Below are positions 28,529 to 38,412 of a stretch of 64,000 nucleotides of DNA, piece by piece. Numbering within the stretch: the stretch's first letter is position 1; every line of letters starts with the position of its first letter. The notes under the pieces are model-generated. The model did no database searches, had not been told where the DNA came from, and saw only the letters and a program-made list of their open reading frames with translations. A program made the translations under genes and the position numbers. The DNA is taken from assembly GCA_963794305.1 (NCBI GenBank), contig CAWCDQ010000012.1, positions 7,884-71,883 on the forward strand, read 5' to 3'. This DNA comes from an uncultured Acidobacteriota bacterium. GTDB taxonomy: Bacteria; Acidobacteriota; Vicinamibacteria; Vicinamibacterales; CAVVIG01.

Positions 28529-29815
28529 ATGAGATTTGTGCCCTTGGCGCTTCGGGTCCCGGTCTTCGCTCTCGGGGTGCTGACCGCGGCGACGGTGTCG
28601 GCTCAGCAGTCGCCGAACCAGGTCACGTTCACGAAGGATGTGGCGCCGATTTTCCAGAAGTCCTGCCAGAACTGCCACCGGCCCGGCTCGATCGCCCCGA
28701 TGTCGCTGCTGACCTACGAGGACGCGCGTCCGTGGGCGCGGTCGATCAAACAGCGGGTCGAGGCGCGGCAGATGCCTCCGTGGCACGTCGATCGGACCGT
28801 TGGCATCCGGCAGTTCAAGGACGATCCGTCGCTCACGGATCAGGAAATCGAGACGCTCTCCGCGTGGGCCGCGGCGGGCGCTCCGCGCGGCAATCCGGCC
28901 GACATGCCTCCTCCGCGCCAGTTCGACGACGCCGATCGGTGGCATATCGGCAAGCCGGATCTCATCGTGCCGATGCCGAAGGCGTTCACGGTGAAGACCG
29001 AGGCCGCCGACTGGTGGGGCATCTTCGAAGCGGAATCCGGCCTTACGGAGGATCGCTACATCAAGGCGGTCGAAGCGAAACCGTCACCTGGAGCGCGACG
29101 CGTCGTGCACCACTCGGTCGAGACGCTCGTCTATAACGACGGCACGAGCGGCGGAGGGACCCTGGTCGAGTACGCCGTCGGCAAGAACGGCGACGTGTTC
29201 CCCGAAGGCTCGGGCAAGCTGATGAAAGCCGGCGCCAAGGTCCGCTTCAACATGCACTACCACGCCATCGGCGAGCCGGTCACCGATCGTACCGAGGTCG
29301 GCATCGTGTTCTACCCGAAGGGCGTCGTCCCGAAGCATGTGGTGACGACGATCCTGTCGCCGAACCAGGACGACCTCGACATCCCGGCGGGCGCCGACAA
29401 CGTGCGCAGCGACGCGTACTTCAAGATGGAGAAGCCGTCGCACCTGGTCGGCTTCATGCCGCACATGCACAATCGCGGCAAGCGCCAGTGCCTCGAGGCG
29501 ATCTATCCGGACATGCGCGTGGAACAGTTGAACTGCGTGAACTACGACTTCAACTGGCAGATCGTCTACAACTACGCCGACAACGTGGCGCCGCTGCTGC
29601 CGGCGGGAACGATCATGCACGTCATCAGCTGGCACGACAACTCGGCGGCGAACAAGTACAACCCGGATCCGAGAAACTGGGTCGGCTTCGGCAATCGCAC
29701 GACCGACGACATGTCGCGGCACTGGCTGACGTTCTACACGATGACCGACGAGGAGTTCAAAGCCGAAGTGGCCGCGCGCAACGCGTTGAAGGTCAAGAGC
29801 ACCAGCCAGCCGTGA
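28529..29815 (+). CDS. secreted c-type haem domain fused to a PHM/DBH-like copper type II monooxygenase fold
   Basis: Intact 428 aa with a signal peptide. N-terminal CxxCH (FQKSCQNCHRPGSIAPMSL..RQMPPW). It then carries, in the PHM order, HH (VVHHSVE), H (NMHYHAIG), HxH (MPHMHNRGK) and M (TDDMSRHWLTFY). Confidence 0.7.
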   Translation: MRFVPLALRVPVFALGVLTAATVSAQQSPNQVTFTKDVAPIFQKSCQNCHRPGSIAPMSLLTYEDARPWARSIKQRVEARQMPPWHVDRTVGIRQFKDDPSLTDQEIETLSAWAAAGAPRGNPADMPPPRQFDDADRWHIGKPDLIVPMPKAFTVKTEAADWWGIFEAESGLTEDRYIKAVEAKPSPGARRVVHHSVETLVYNDGTSGGGTLVEYAVGKNGDVFPEGSGKLMKAGAKVRFNMHYHAIGEPVTDRTEVGIVFYPKGVVPKHVVTTILSPNQDDLDIPAGADNVRSDAYFKMEKPSHLVGFMPHMHNRGKRQCLEAIYPDMRVEQLNCVNYDFNWQIVYNYADNVAPLLPAGTIMHVISWHDNSAANKYNPDPRNWVGFGNRTTDDMSRHWLTFYTMTDEEFKAEVAARNALKVKSTSQP

Positions 29816-30699
29816 ACAACCACGTCCGGAAGGAACCGCGGAGACCGCGGAAATCGCTGAGAAATATTTTGATCGTCTCCGCGTTCTTTGCGCTCTCTGC
29901 GGTTTCTTCCGTACGTGTCACCGCCCAGGTGCGCTATGCCACCGGCCAGGACGTCGTCCCGGTGTTCGAGGGCTGGGAGCGCAACGCCGACGGCAGCTTC
30001 AACATGGTCTTCGGCTACATGAACCGGAACTACGAGGAGGAGGTCGACGTGCCGGTCGGCCCCAACAACGCCCTCGAGCCGGGTGACGTCGATCAGGGGC
30101 AGCCGGCGCACTTCTACGCACGCCGTCAGCAATACGTCTTCTCGGTACGCGTGCCGAAGGATTGGGGCAAGAAGGATCTCGTCTGGACGCTGACGAGCCA
30201 CGGCAAGACGGAGAAGGCGTACGCGTCGCTGATGCCCGTCTGGGAGATCGACGCCGGCACCTATCAGCAGAATCGGGGTGGTCCCGGCGAGCTGGGCGAG
30301 CCTGACGATCCGCCGTCGATCAAGGTCGAAGGCGCGCCGCAGCGAACGATCGCCGCCGGCGCCGCGCTCACGCTCGATGCGTTCGTCACCGACGATGGCC
30401 GGCCGAGTGCGCGCCCGAGCCAAAGCGGTTCGAACGCGCGCGTCGAAGGTCCGCTGATGCAGGCGATGGTGCGCCTCGATCGCGGAGTGCGCCTGGGCGT
30501 CATCTGGGTCGTCTATCGCGGAGATGCGCACGCCGTGACGTTCGAGCCGCGCAAGGTTCCGGTGGCCGACGGGAAAGCCTCCACGTCCGTCAGATTCAGC
30601 GCGCCGGGCACCTACGTCCTCCGAGCCTATGCCGACGACGGCATCCTGGTTGCGGCCAAGGACGTCACCGTCACCGTGACGTCGGGTTCGGCGCGGTAG
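29812..30699 (+). CDS. hypothetical secreted protein, translationally coupled to the PHM-like gene
   Basis: GTG 29812 overlaps stop TGA 29813-29815. The apparent signal peptide (ILIVSAFFALSAVSSVRVTAQ) is encoded by a palindromic repeat element. The mature part (VRYATGQDVVPVFEGWERNADGSFNMVFGY..) ends in an Ig-like region. No family recognised. Confidence 0.55.
   Translation: MNNHVRKEPRRPRKSLRNILIVSAFFALSAVSSVRVTAQVRYATGQDVVPVFEGWERNADGSFNMVFGYMNRNYEEEVDVPVGPNNALEPGDVDQGQPAHFYARRQQYVFSVRVPKDWGKKDLVWTLTSHGKTEKAYASLMPVWEIDAGTYQQNRGGPGELGEPDDPPSIKVEGAPQRTIAAGAALTLDAFVTDDGRPSARPSQSGSNARVEGPLMQAMVRLDRGVRLGVIWVVYRGDAHAVTFEPRKVPVADGKASTSVRFSAPGTYVLRAYADDGILVAAKDVTVTVTSGSAR
29828..29910. repeat. palindromic copy of intergenic repeat family 2 (GGAAGRAACCGCGGAGACCGC..)
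   Basis: The left arm is GGAAGGAACCGCGGAGACCGCGGAAATCGCTGAGA. The reverse complement of the right arm is GGAAGAAACCGCAGAGAGCGCAAAGAACGCGGAGA. A third arm is at 31319-31356. Confidence 0.6.
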
Positions 30700-30720
30700 G
30701 GTATCGCCGACCCGTTCTGT

Positions 30721-31174
30721 TCAGGATTGGGTCTTGGGTTTCCCGGGACGCCGCGGGCGTGCCGGCCGGAGATGCTCGTCGAGGAGTGCGATCCGAGACA
30801 CCACATCCTCGTGCAGCGTCCTCATGTGCGCGCGGGTTTCCTCATTCAGCGAGTGCATTTCCCGCCGCGTCTCTCTCTCATCGTTCAGCGTGCGCATTCC
30901 GGCGTCTCATCGTTCAGCGTACGCATTTCCTGGCGGGTTTCATCGTTCAGCGTGCGCATTTCCTGACGGTGTCGCCGATCAGGGAGTGCATTTCCTCGAA
31001 GCGTCGTAAGCCCTTCATTCATCTCCGACGGACCGCAGAAAATTCGCCGCGGACTTCCGTGCGGAATTCCGAAATCTGCGCCTCCAGCGCTGTCATCCGG
31101 TCGGGCAATGTTTCCAGACCTGCCACCTTTTGCTCCAGGACTTCGACGCGTTGCTCGAGCGACTGCGACTTCAC
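30721..31174 (-). CDS. small coiled-coil protein with 11-residue tandem repeats (about 5 frame breaks)
   Basis: SD GGAGG lies 7 nt before GTG 31174. The N-terminus is clean: VKSQSLEQRVEVLEQKVAGLETLPDRMTALEAQISEFRTEVRGEFSAV. Repeated units xEMRTLNDETRQ follow, spread over three frames. The C-terminus is ..EMHSLNEETRAHMRTLHEDVVSRIALLDEHLRP..KTQS, with stop at 30721-30723. Confidence 0.4.
30842..31030. repeat. tandem array of about 6 units of about 33 bp (TCATCGTTCAGCGTGCGCATTTCC..)
   Basis: The CAT of the conserved GCATTTCC core recurs at 30856, 30895, 30924, 30957, 30989 and 31020, giving spacings of 39, 29, 33, 32 and 31 bp. It encodes the coiled-coil repeats on the minus strand. Confidence 0.7.
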
Positions 31175-31318
31175 GTGTGAACCTCCAGGCTGCAGGCGGA
31201 TGCTTCAAGGGCGCCCGTCGCCTGGAAGAACTCCAAACCGCGTGCCGACGACGCTACCATCGTCGCGCGAAGTTCTCAAGCAGGTCTCGACGCGATGTGC
31301 GCGCTTAGATACGAGTAA

Positions 31319-31356
31319 GAAGAAACCGCGGAGACCGCAAAGATCGCCAAGACAAT
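31319..31356. repeat. solo arm of intergenic repeat family 2
   Basis: GAAGAAACCGCGGAGACCGCAAAGATCGCCAAGACAAT matches about 30 of 36 positions of the left arm at 29829. Confidence 0.55.
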
Positions 31357-31398
31357 GTTTTCTTGGAATCTAATGCCAGGTTTTTCGAAGAAGCGACG

Positions 31399-31421
31399 GT
31401 AGTGTCCGGCTTTAGCCGGAC
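31399..31421. repeat. half-copy (single hairpin) of the REP-like element, inverted orientation
   Basis: GTAGTGTCCGGCTTTAGCCGGAC is the reverse complement of the 3' half of the elements at 40208, 46404 and 51923. Confidence 0.6.
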
Positions 31422-31497
31422 CAAGAGCATGAGGCCATCGCGGACGTGAGAGTGACTGGCGTGGGCGGCCGCATATAATCGCCACGGAGGCCTTTTC

Positions 31498-32500
31498 GTG
31501 CGCATTGTTTCTGCTCTGGTCATCGCCACCCTTGCCGTTTCAAGACCTGCCGTCGCGCAGCCACCAGGCACTCCCGCCGCGCCGGCGCAGGTGGCGACGC
31601 CGACCGACGTCCAGCCGGGCAGCATCAACAACGAGGACGTTCCCTATCCGTACCCGGTGTCGTATCTGCCATTCGTGTCGTACGGGCAGGACGTGCGCAT
31701 GGCCTACATGGACGTGCCGCCGGCAGGCCAGGCAAACGGACGCACGGTTGTTCTGCTGCACGGGATGAACTTCGCCGGTTTCTACTGGGCGAACGTGATC
31801 GACGTCCTCCGGAAGGACGGCTACCGCGTGGTCGTGACCGACCAGATCGGGTTTGGCCGATCGTCGAAGCCGATCATTCCCTACAACTTCCACGACATGG
31901 CGTTGAACACGAACCGGGTGCTGGAGCATCTCGGCATCGCGAAGGCGGCGATCGTCGGCCACTCGATGGGCGGGATGCTCGCCGCGCGCTTCGCTTCGTC
32001 GTATCCCGCGGTCACCGAGCGCGTCGTCTTGTACGACCCCATCGGGCTGACCGACGCGCGATTCGAGCGGCCCTTACCGCAGCACCGACGAGGTGTACAA
32101 AGGCATGCTGGCATTCAGCTATCAGCAGGCGTACGCCACGATCAAGCGCTACTTCCCGACGCCGGAGTCGTGGAAGCCCGAGTACGAAAAGCTGGTGCGG
32201 CTGATGTACGCGTGGACGCTGACCGGCGACTGGCCGCGGATGGCCATGGTGCGGACGCTGCTGCAGCAGATGGTCTATGCCGATCCGGTCGTCGACGATT
32301 GGGCGCACATCAAGGCGAAGGCCCTGGTGATTGGCGGTGAAAAGGACGGCCCTGATTTTCCGAAGCTGGCGAAACATGTCGCGGACACGATTCCCGGTGC
32401 GCAGCTCTACCTCGTGCCGAATGCCGGCCACGTCCTGCATTTCGAGACGCCGGATGTCTTCAACCGCGAGCTGTTGAAGTTCCTGAAAGCGAATCCCTGA
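31498..32500 (+). CDS. alpha/beta hydrolase (1 frame break near 32080)
   Basis: GTG start and a signal peptide. Motifs HGMNFAGFYW and the nucleophile elbow GHSMGG. The C-terminal half lies in ORF 32093-32500 (..LVIGGEKDGP..VPNAGHVLHFETP). Confidence 0.8.
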
Positions 32501-32501
32501 C

Positions 32502-33372
32502 ATGACCGACGAACCGTTGATTCGCGACATCTCCGACACCGCGCGGTGGATGGCCGTCTATCGCGCGCGGGAAACCGAGCGTGCGGACGCAGCGTTCAAG
32601 GATCCGTTCGCCCGCGCGCTGGCGGGCGAGCGCGGCGAGCGAATCGCCGACGCGATGAAGTTCAGCGACGAGAACGCGTGGTCGTTCATCGCGCGCACGC
32701 ATCTGTTCGATCGGTTCGTGACGAGACTCGCGCAGCACGGCGCGGACACGATCGTGAACCTGGCGGCCGGCCTCGACACGCGCCCGTACCGCATGGCAGC
32801 TGCCATCGTCGCTGCGCTGGGTGGAAGTCGATCTGCCGGATATCCTCGACTACAAGGAAGAGATTCTCGGCGACGCGAAGCCGGTGTGCGAACTGGAGCG
32901 TGTGCGCCTCGATCTGTCGAACGAAGACGGCCGCCGCGGCCTCTTCGCGGATCTCGGCCGCCGCGCGAAACACGTGGCGGTGATCTCGGAAGGCCTCGTC
33001 ATCTATCTCATGCCCGAGGCGGTTGCCGCGCTGGCGCGCGACCTGTCCGGCCCGCCGGCCTTTCAGCACTGGGTGCTCGATCTGGCATCGCCAGGATTGC
33101 TCGAGATGATGAAGCAGTCGGTGGGCAGCGCGATGAGCGCGGCCGGCGCACCGTTCCTCTTTGCGCCGGCGGAGGGTCCGCCATTCTTCGCGGCGCACGG
33201 GTGGCAGCCGATTGAAGTTCGCTCGCTCATCAAGTCGGCGGCAAAGCTCGGACGTCTGCCGCTCGCGCTGCGCATGTTCGCGATGCTGCCGGATTCCGAC
33301 GGTGCGCAGGGCAGCCGTCCGTGGTCGGCGGTGTGTCTGTTCGCGCGACAGTCGGCGCATAGGACGGCCTGA
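32502..33372 (+). CDS. class I SAM-dependent methyltransferase (leucine carboxyl / O-methyltransferase family) (1 frame break near 32800)
   Basis: DTARWMAVYRARE..FKDPFA..IVNLAAGLDTRPYR, followed in the second frame by VEVDLPDILDYKEEIL..VISEGLVIYL. Confidence 0.75.
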
Positions 33373-33380
33373 GGCCGTCC
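33362..33380 (+). terminator. 8-bp stem hairpin GGACGGCC-tga-GGCCGTCC enclosing the stop codon of 32502-33372
   Basis: Read directly. It lies between convergent genes and has no U-tract. Confidence 0.3.
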
Positions 33381-33441
33381 CCTACGGAAGACACCGATCG
33401 AAGGCCGTCATCTACGAACAGGAAATCCGAGGAGAGGACCA

Positions 33442-34860
33442 TTACGGTCTGCGCTCGGGCGCGATTCGTTCGAGCCGGGCGTACAGCGAGAGCACCGGCT
33501 GGCGCGACTGTTCCATCGCCGACAGTATTTCGGTGCGAGACGACCCGTGCGCCAGCTCGAGCAGCCGGTTGACGAACGCGAACCAGAGCGTTCTCCGGCT
33601 GACGTCGGCTTCGGTATGGCGCAGGAATTCGACGAACGCGCGCAGCGCCCTGCTGCGCACAGCGCTCTGCGGCATCAGCTCGAGCATCCATGTGAACAAC
33701 GCCGACTTCTCGTAGAAGTAGTCGCGTTCGGCCGCCTCGCTCATGCCGCTCCATTGTTCGACCTCGGTGAGCAGCCGTTCGGCCTGGCTGCGCCACTCGG
33801 CGGTCTGCCGCACCCGCAGCGGCAAGGGCGCCGCGTCGGGGCCCCGTAGCCGCGCCATCGCATCGTGCAGGCGCGCGGCGTCGCCGGACTGCCAGTACAG
33901 GTCGATGCGCGCGGGCGCGAGTGTCGACAGCGGGCGGGTGAGGTCGGATTCAATCGGGCTGATGTCGGCGTCCGCTCGCGCACGCCTGCGCGCGGCATTG
34001 AAGGTGGACGGCGTCACTGTCGCCGAGACGTTGTCGGCGCAGCGCGGCGCCTTGAGCTGCGCGACGAGATAGGTCCGCAGCGCGTCCATCGCGGTAAACC
34101 CGGTCACGCCCATCGCCGTGTCGGCTATTTGCAGATCGGTTATCCGCGAGACGATGTCGAGCGCGGCGGACGAGAAGCCGGCAGCGTCGCGCGAACTGCC
34201 CTCGAGGATCAGGCGGAGCAAGCTCTCGAGATAGGCAGCTTCGTCCGGTCCCTGGCGGAAACGTTGAATCGCGAGCGCGAGTGCCGGGATCTCGGACGGC
34301 AGATGGGCGCGCCACGCGTAAAACTCGAGGAAATGAATGGCGTCGCCGCGATTGCTGGCGTACGCTGTGCCCGCGATCGAGCCGAGCGTGCGGTAGTAGT
34401 CGTCGACGGCGGGCACCAGCGGATCCGCGCAGACACCGGGCGCGAGGTTGAGTTCGATCCACTCGAACAGGTCGCGCGCATGCAGCGGGTCGATCCTCGC
34501 CATCAGCTGAACTGCGCGGAGCTGCAGCGTGACACGCGTGAGCGCCGTCGTGTACGCGAAGAGCTGCGCGCCCTGCCGGCTGTCGGGCGGGATCTGCTGG
34601 CTGGTGGAGCGGCGGTACTGTTCCGGCGCCGCATAGGCCCGCACGTAGGCGGTGTCGAGCATCTCGAGACGCCAGGCCCGATCCACCTTTGACAGCTGCG
34701 ACAACCGGATCAGCACGTCGGCTTCGAACTCGGGAGGGAGGCTCGCCGCGTCGGCTTCCAGAAGCTCGATCGCGGCGTCGTGACGCGGCCGCTGGTCCTG
34801 GCCCTCGAGCGTGACGACCAGCATCAGCGTCGCGCAGCACACGCAGGCGGCTCGTCGCAT
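33442..34860 (-). CDS. hypothetical secreted helical-repeat protein (472 aa)
   Basis: Start taken at MRRAACVCCATLMLVVTLEGQ (ATG 34860). The ORF is intact and all-helical in composition. No family recognised. Confidence 0.55.
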   Translation of the reverse strand: MRRAACVCCATLMLVVTLEGQDQRPRHDAAIELLEADAASLPPEFEADVLIRLSQLSKVDRAWRLEMLDTAYVRAYAAPEQYRRSTSQQIPPDSRQGAQLFAYTTALTRVTLQLRAVQLMARIDPLHARDLFEWIELNLAPGVCADPLVPAVDDYYRTLGSIAGTAYASNRGDAIHFLEFYAWRAHLPSEIPALALAIQRFRQGPDEAAYLESLLRLILEGSSRDAAGFSSAALDIVSRITDLQIADTAMGVTGFTAMDALRTYLVAQLKAPRCADNVSATVTPSTFNAARRRARADADISPIESDLTRPLSTLAPARIDLYWQSGDAARLHDAMARLRGPDAAPLPLRVRQTAEWRSQAERLLTEVEQWSGMSEAAERDYFYEKSALFTWMLELMPQSAVRSRALRAFVEFLRHTEADVSRRTLWFAFVNRLLELAHGSSRTEILSAMEQSRQPVLSLYARLERIAPERRP

Positions 34861-34974
34861 TGACAGCGTCCGACGGTTAGACGACGAGTGTCGGGCGATG
34901 GCCGTTGGCGATCGTCGGGTACGGCTCGCCCGGCGTCCGACGTTGGTGTGGTACCGTACCATCTCGTTTCTGAC

Positions 34975-36708
34975 ATGACACGTCCTGACCGGGCCGCCTT
35001 TCCACTCGCTGGTCTGGTTGCAAGCATCCTCGTCTTCGCCTGGCCTCAGCTCTCCGCGTGGGTGCGCGGGGCGTCGCCATGGTATCCGCTGGTGACGGTG
35101 CTGTTCACCCTGATTGTGGTGGCGATCGTCGTCACATGGCCGCGACCTGCCGGGGCGCCGGATCGCCGCGCAGCGTCTCGCTGCGGCCGGCGGCGGCGAT
35201 CGTCGCGGCCGTGGCGGCGGCGCTCATCGTCGTCGTGGCATACCGGTGGACCCGCATCCTGGCCTGGCAGTCGTACCAGGCCGACATGCTGATCGTCATT
35301 CGGGAAGCGACGCGCCGGTTTCTGAGCGGGCGAACGCCGTACGCGACCTATCGCACCTACGACGCGCCGTGGAACATCGCGATGCCGTACGGCCCTGGAC
35401 TGTGGGGACCCTTTCTCGTCGCGCAGTTCCTGCGGCTCGACTTCCGGTTCCTGACGATCGCCGGCGAGCTGTTCGTGCCGCTGTGGTGCGGCGTCGCGGC
35501 GGTCGTCGAGTGGCTGCGCGGAAACGTCAGCCAGCGCCGTCTGGTGGCTCCTGATTCTGGCGGCGCTCGTCTTGACGTTCGATGTTCAGGGCTTCACGCT
35601 GATCGGCCACACGCCGGTGTATTGGCCGCTCCTTCCACTGTTCGCCGCTGCGGTCGGACGCTCGAAGATGGGCGCAGGCCGCATGTCTTCTCGGGGTTCT
35701 CGTCCTCGCCCGTACGACGATGGTCGCGCTCATTCCAGTGTTGCTGCTGGCGGTGTGGAACGACGACAGGCCGCGGTTTCCGCTCGTCCTGGCTGTGCTG
35801 ACAGGCACGATCGCCGCGCGGTCTCCTTCCATTCGTCGTGTGGGACTACCGTTCGATCTGGGACAACATGGTGCTCTCGTATCCCCGCGTGATGCGGGAG
35901 GCGGTGTGGCCGGTCCTGGCGCGCGGCGGAATCGAAACGATCGGCCTCACGGAATGGCTCATCGAGCGGCATCGCGAGGCTCTCGTGGTGCCGGCGCAGC
36001 TGCTGGTGATGGGCGGCGTGTACGCGGCGGCCTGGCGCGCCATCCGGCGGGACGCGTCACCGCTGCCCTGGATGGCCCTGGCCCTGTTCGCGTTCAGCAT
36101 GACGTCGCTGTACCCGGTGCACTACCTGTACTACGACGTGCTGCTGCTGCTCATCTCGGGTGCTCTCGTCGGCACGCTTGGATCGGCGCCGGTGAGGATG
36201 AGTGCGGCGGCCATGGCTGCTCTCGGTCGGCGCCGTGATTCTGCTGATGGTGGGAGTGGCTCACGTCCTGCTGTCGCCGTTGCCTCAGGTCGAGGCCGGC
36301 GACGACTCGTCGAGCGCGATGATGCGCTCGGGATTCGCGATGAGCGAGAGCGATGGCCAGCGGCGGTTCTCGTGGATCGTCGGACACGAGGCGACGGTCG
36401 TGCTGCCGCGGCGGTCGGCGCAGGCGGCAGCGATTGTCCTCACGGCCCAGTCGCCGTTCGGCAGCGCGGATGCGCCGCAGACGGTGACGGCGATCCTGAA
36501 CGGCAACGTGCTGGGACATACTACGGTCGCGGCCGGATGGCGCGAGATTCCGTTCGCAGCGCCGCGATCGGCCTGGTGGATCGGGTTCAACCAGCTCCGC
36601 CTCGTGTTCTCATCGACCGTGTCGCCGCGCGCCATCGGCGCGGGCGACGATGCGCGTGAACTGGCGCTGGCGGTCAGCAGCGTATCGGTGACCCCGAAGA
36701 GAGAATGA
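34975..36708 (+). CDS. polytopic membrane protein, DUF2029/PimE-like (GT-C type) glycosyltransferase candidate (about 5 frame breaks)
   Basis: Stitched from ORFs 34888, 35058, 35572, 35720, 35838 and 36202, with breaks near 35165, 35525, 35670, 35820 and 36205. The first-loop motif is YQADMLIVIREATRRFLSGRTPYA. Many TM segments are followed by a soluble C-terminal domain. Confidence 0.5.
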
Positions 36709-36732
36709 TCCGCATGCGATCGGTACGCCCGC

Positions 36733-38412
36733 GTGGCCGGCTTCGGCGCGATCTATCTCGCGGCCTGCCGGATCATGCTCGCTCCCATCGTCAACTTCGC
36801 GCAGCTTCGCACCGCGAGCTACGGCGGCGACGCGCGGGCCTTCATCTGGGTGCTCGCCTGGGACAACCACGTCGTGCTCGACCGCGTCCCTTCGCTGTTC
36901 GACGCGAACAAGCTCTTCCCGCTGCCCAACGCGCTGGCGTATGGGGAGCACCTGTTCAGCATCAGCCTGTTCACGCTGCCGGTGTACGCCGTCACCCGCA
37001 ATCCGGTTCTCGCCTACAACGTCGTGTGGCTCCTCGCGTACCTGCTGACCGCGGCCGCCGTGCACGCGCTCGCCTGGCGCTACACACGCGATCACCTGGC
37101 GGCGATGACGGCCGCGATGGCGTTCACCTTCTGCTTTTTTCGCATGCACCATGGCCACGGTCACCTCAACCTGATCTGGTGTTTCTGGATTCCGCTGTCG
37201 TTCATCGCGATCGATCGGTGGGCGGAGCGGCCAGGCTGGTTCAGGCTCGGCATCTGGACGGCGATCCTCGTCCTTCAGGCGCTTGCGGCGTGGTATCAGG
37301 CCGTCCTGATTGTGGTGGCGGATCTGATCTTTCTCGCGTGGCTGTTTGCGGTCGAGCGGAAGATGCCGCCGGTCTCCCAGATCCTCCTCCATGGATTCGT
37401 CGGCGCGCTTGCGGCCTTCGCGCTCGTCTGGCCGTTCGCCCGCTACTACTTCATCCTTCACAACGAGCCTCCGTCGTACGCCGCGGCGGCTTCCGCCGAT
37501 CTGGCCGGCTGGTTCGTGCCGCCGGAGAATACGTGGATGGGGCAATGGCTCCTCGCGCACAACGTGAAGGGGCCGCGATGGATCTGGGGCGAGCTGACGG
37601 TGTATCTCGGCTGGATCACCCTCGGCCTCGCGTCGGCCGGCGCGGTTGTGGCGATGCGCAGCCGCGACGCGCTCACGCGGCGCGCAAGATTCTTCATCGT
37701 GCTCGGCGTGGTCGCGGCGGTGCTGGCGCTCGGCCCGTCGCCGGGCGAGGTCGCGTCCGGATCGTTCGGCTGGTCGCCCTTCGGCATACTGGCGCACGTG
37801 CCAGGGCTGAGCCTGTTCAGAATTCCCGCTCGCTACACGGAGCTCATGAACCTTGCGTTGGCGCTGCTCGCAGCGACGGCCTGCGCGGCGTTGCATCGCC
37901 GCTTCGGCACAGCCGGACGCGCGGTGACGATCGCGTTGACCATGCTTCTGCTCGGCCGAGTTCTACGTCGTCAAGTTCCCGGGTGGCGAGCCGCAGCCTT
38001 TCCCGGTGCCGCCGGTCTACAAGTACGTCGCGACGCTGCCGCCTGGCGCCGTCCTGTCGCTGCCGGACTACGCGAGGACGGACCTCTGGTTCCTGGAGGC
38101 CGACTATCAGTACTTCTCGACCGCGCACTGGCATCCCGCCGTCAACGGCGACTCGCGTGAATTTCCGCCGCAGTTCGTCGACGTCGCCGAGCGCATGAAG
38201 CGGTTTCCCGACCCGTCCGCCGCGGAGACGATGCGCACGACCGGCGTGAAGTACGTCGTTCTCCATGCCGGTCAGCGAGGCGGGGAGGACCTGCTCGCGC
38301 CGGCCGGGGCCAGCGCGGATTTTCGGCTGCGGGCGAGGTTCGATCGCGACTACCTGTTCGAGGTCGTCCCTGCCGAGTCGCGGCGGGCCGGATGGGAGCG
38401 CGCTCACGGTGA
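36733..38412 (+). CDS. large polytopic membrane protein, GT-C-like (1-2 frame breaks; 3' end uncertain)
   Basis: ORF 36733-38160 (..FIWVLAWDNHVVLDRVPSLFDANKLFPLPNALAYGEHLFS..FFRMHHGHGHLNLIW..) continues in ORF 38006 (..EFYVVKFPGGEPQPFPVPPVYKYVATLPPGAVLSLP..YLFEVVP). An alternative ATG at 36705 forms an ATGA overlap with the upstream stop. The probable end is TGA 38410-38412, overlapping the next ATG. Confidence 0.5.

Noticed and set aside
30842-31030. Possible CRISPR array (also considered for 60900-60999)
   Set aside because: The repeats are contiguous, with no unique spacers. Unit sizes of 7-39 bp do not fit CRISPR architecture, and no cas genes are present.
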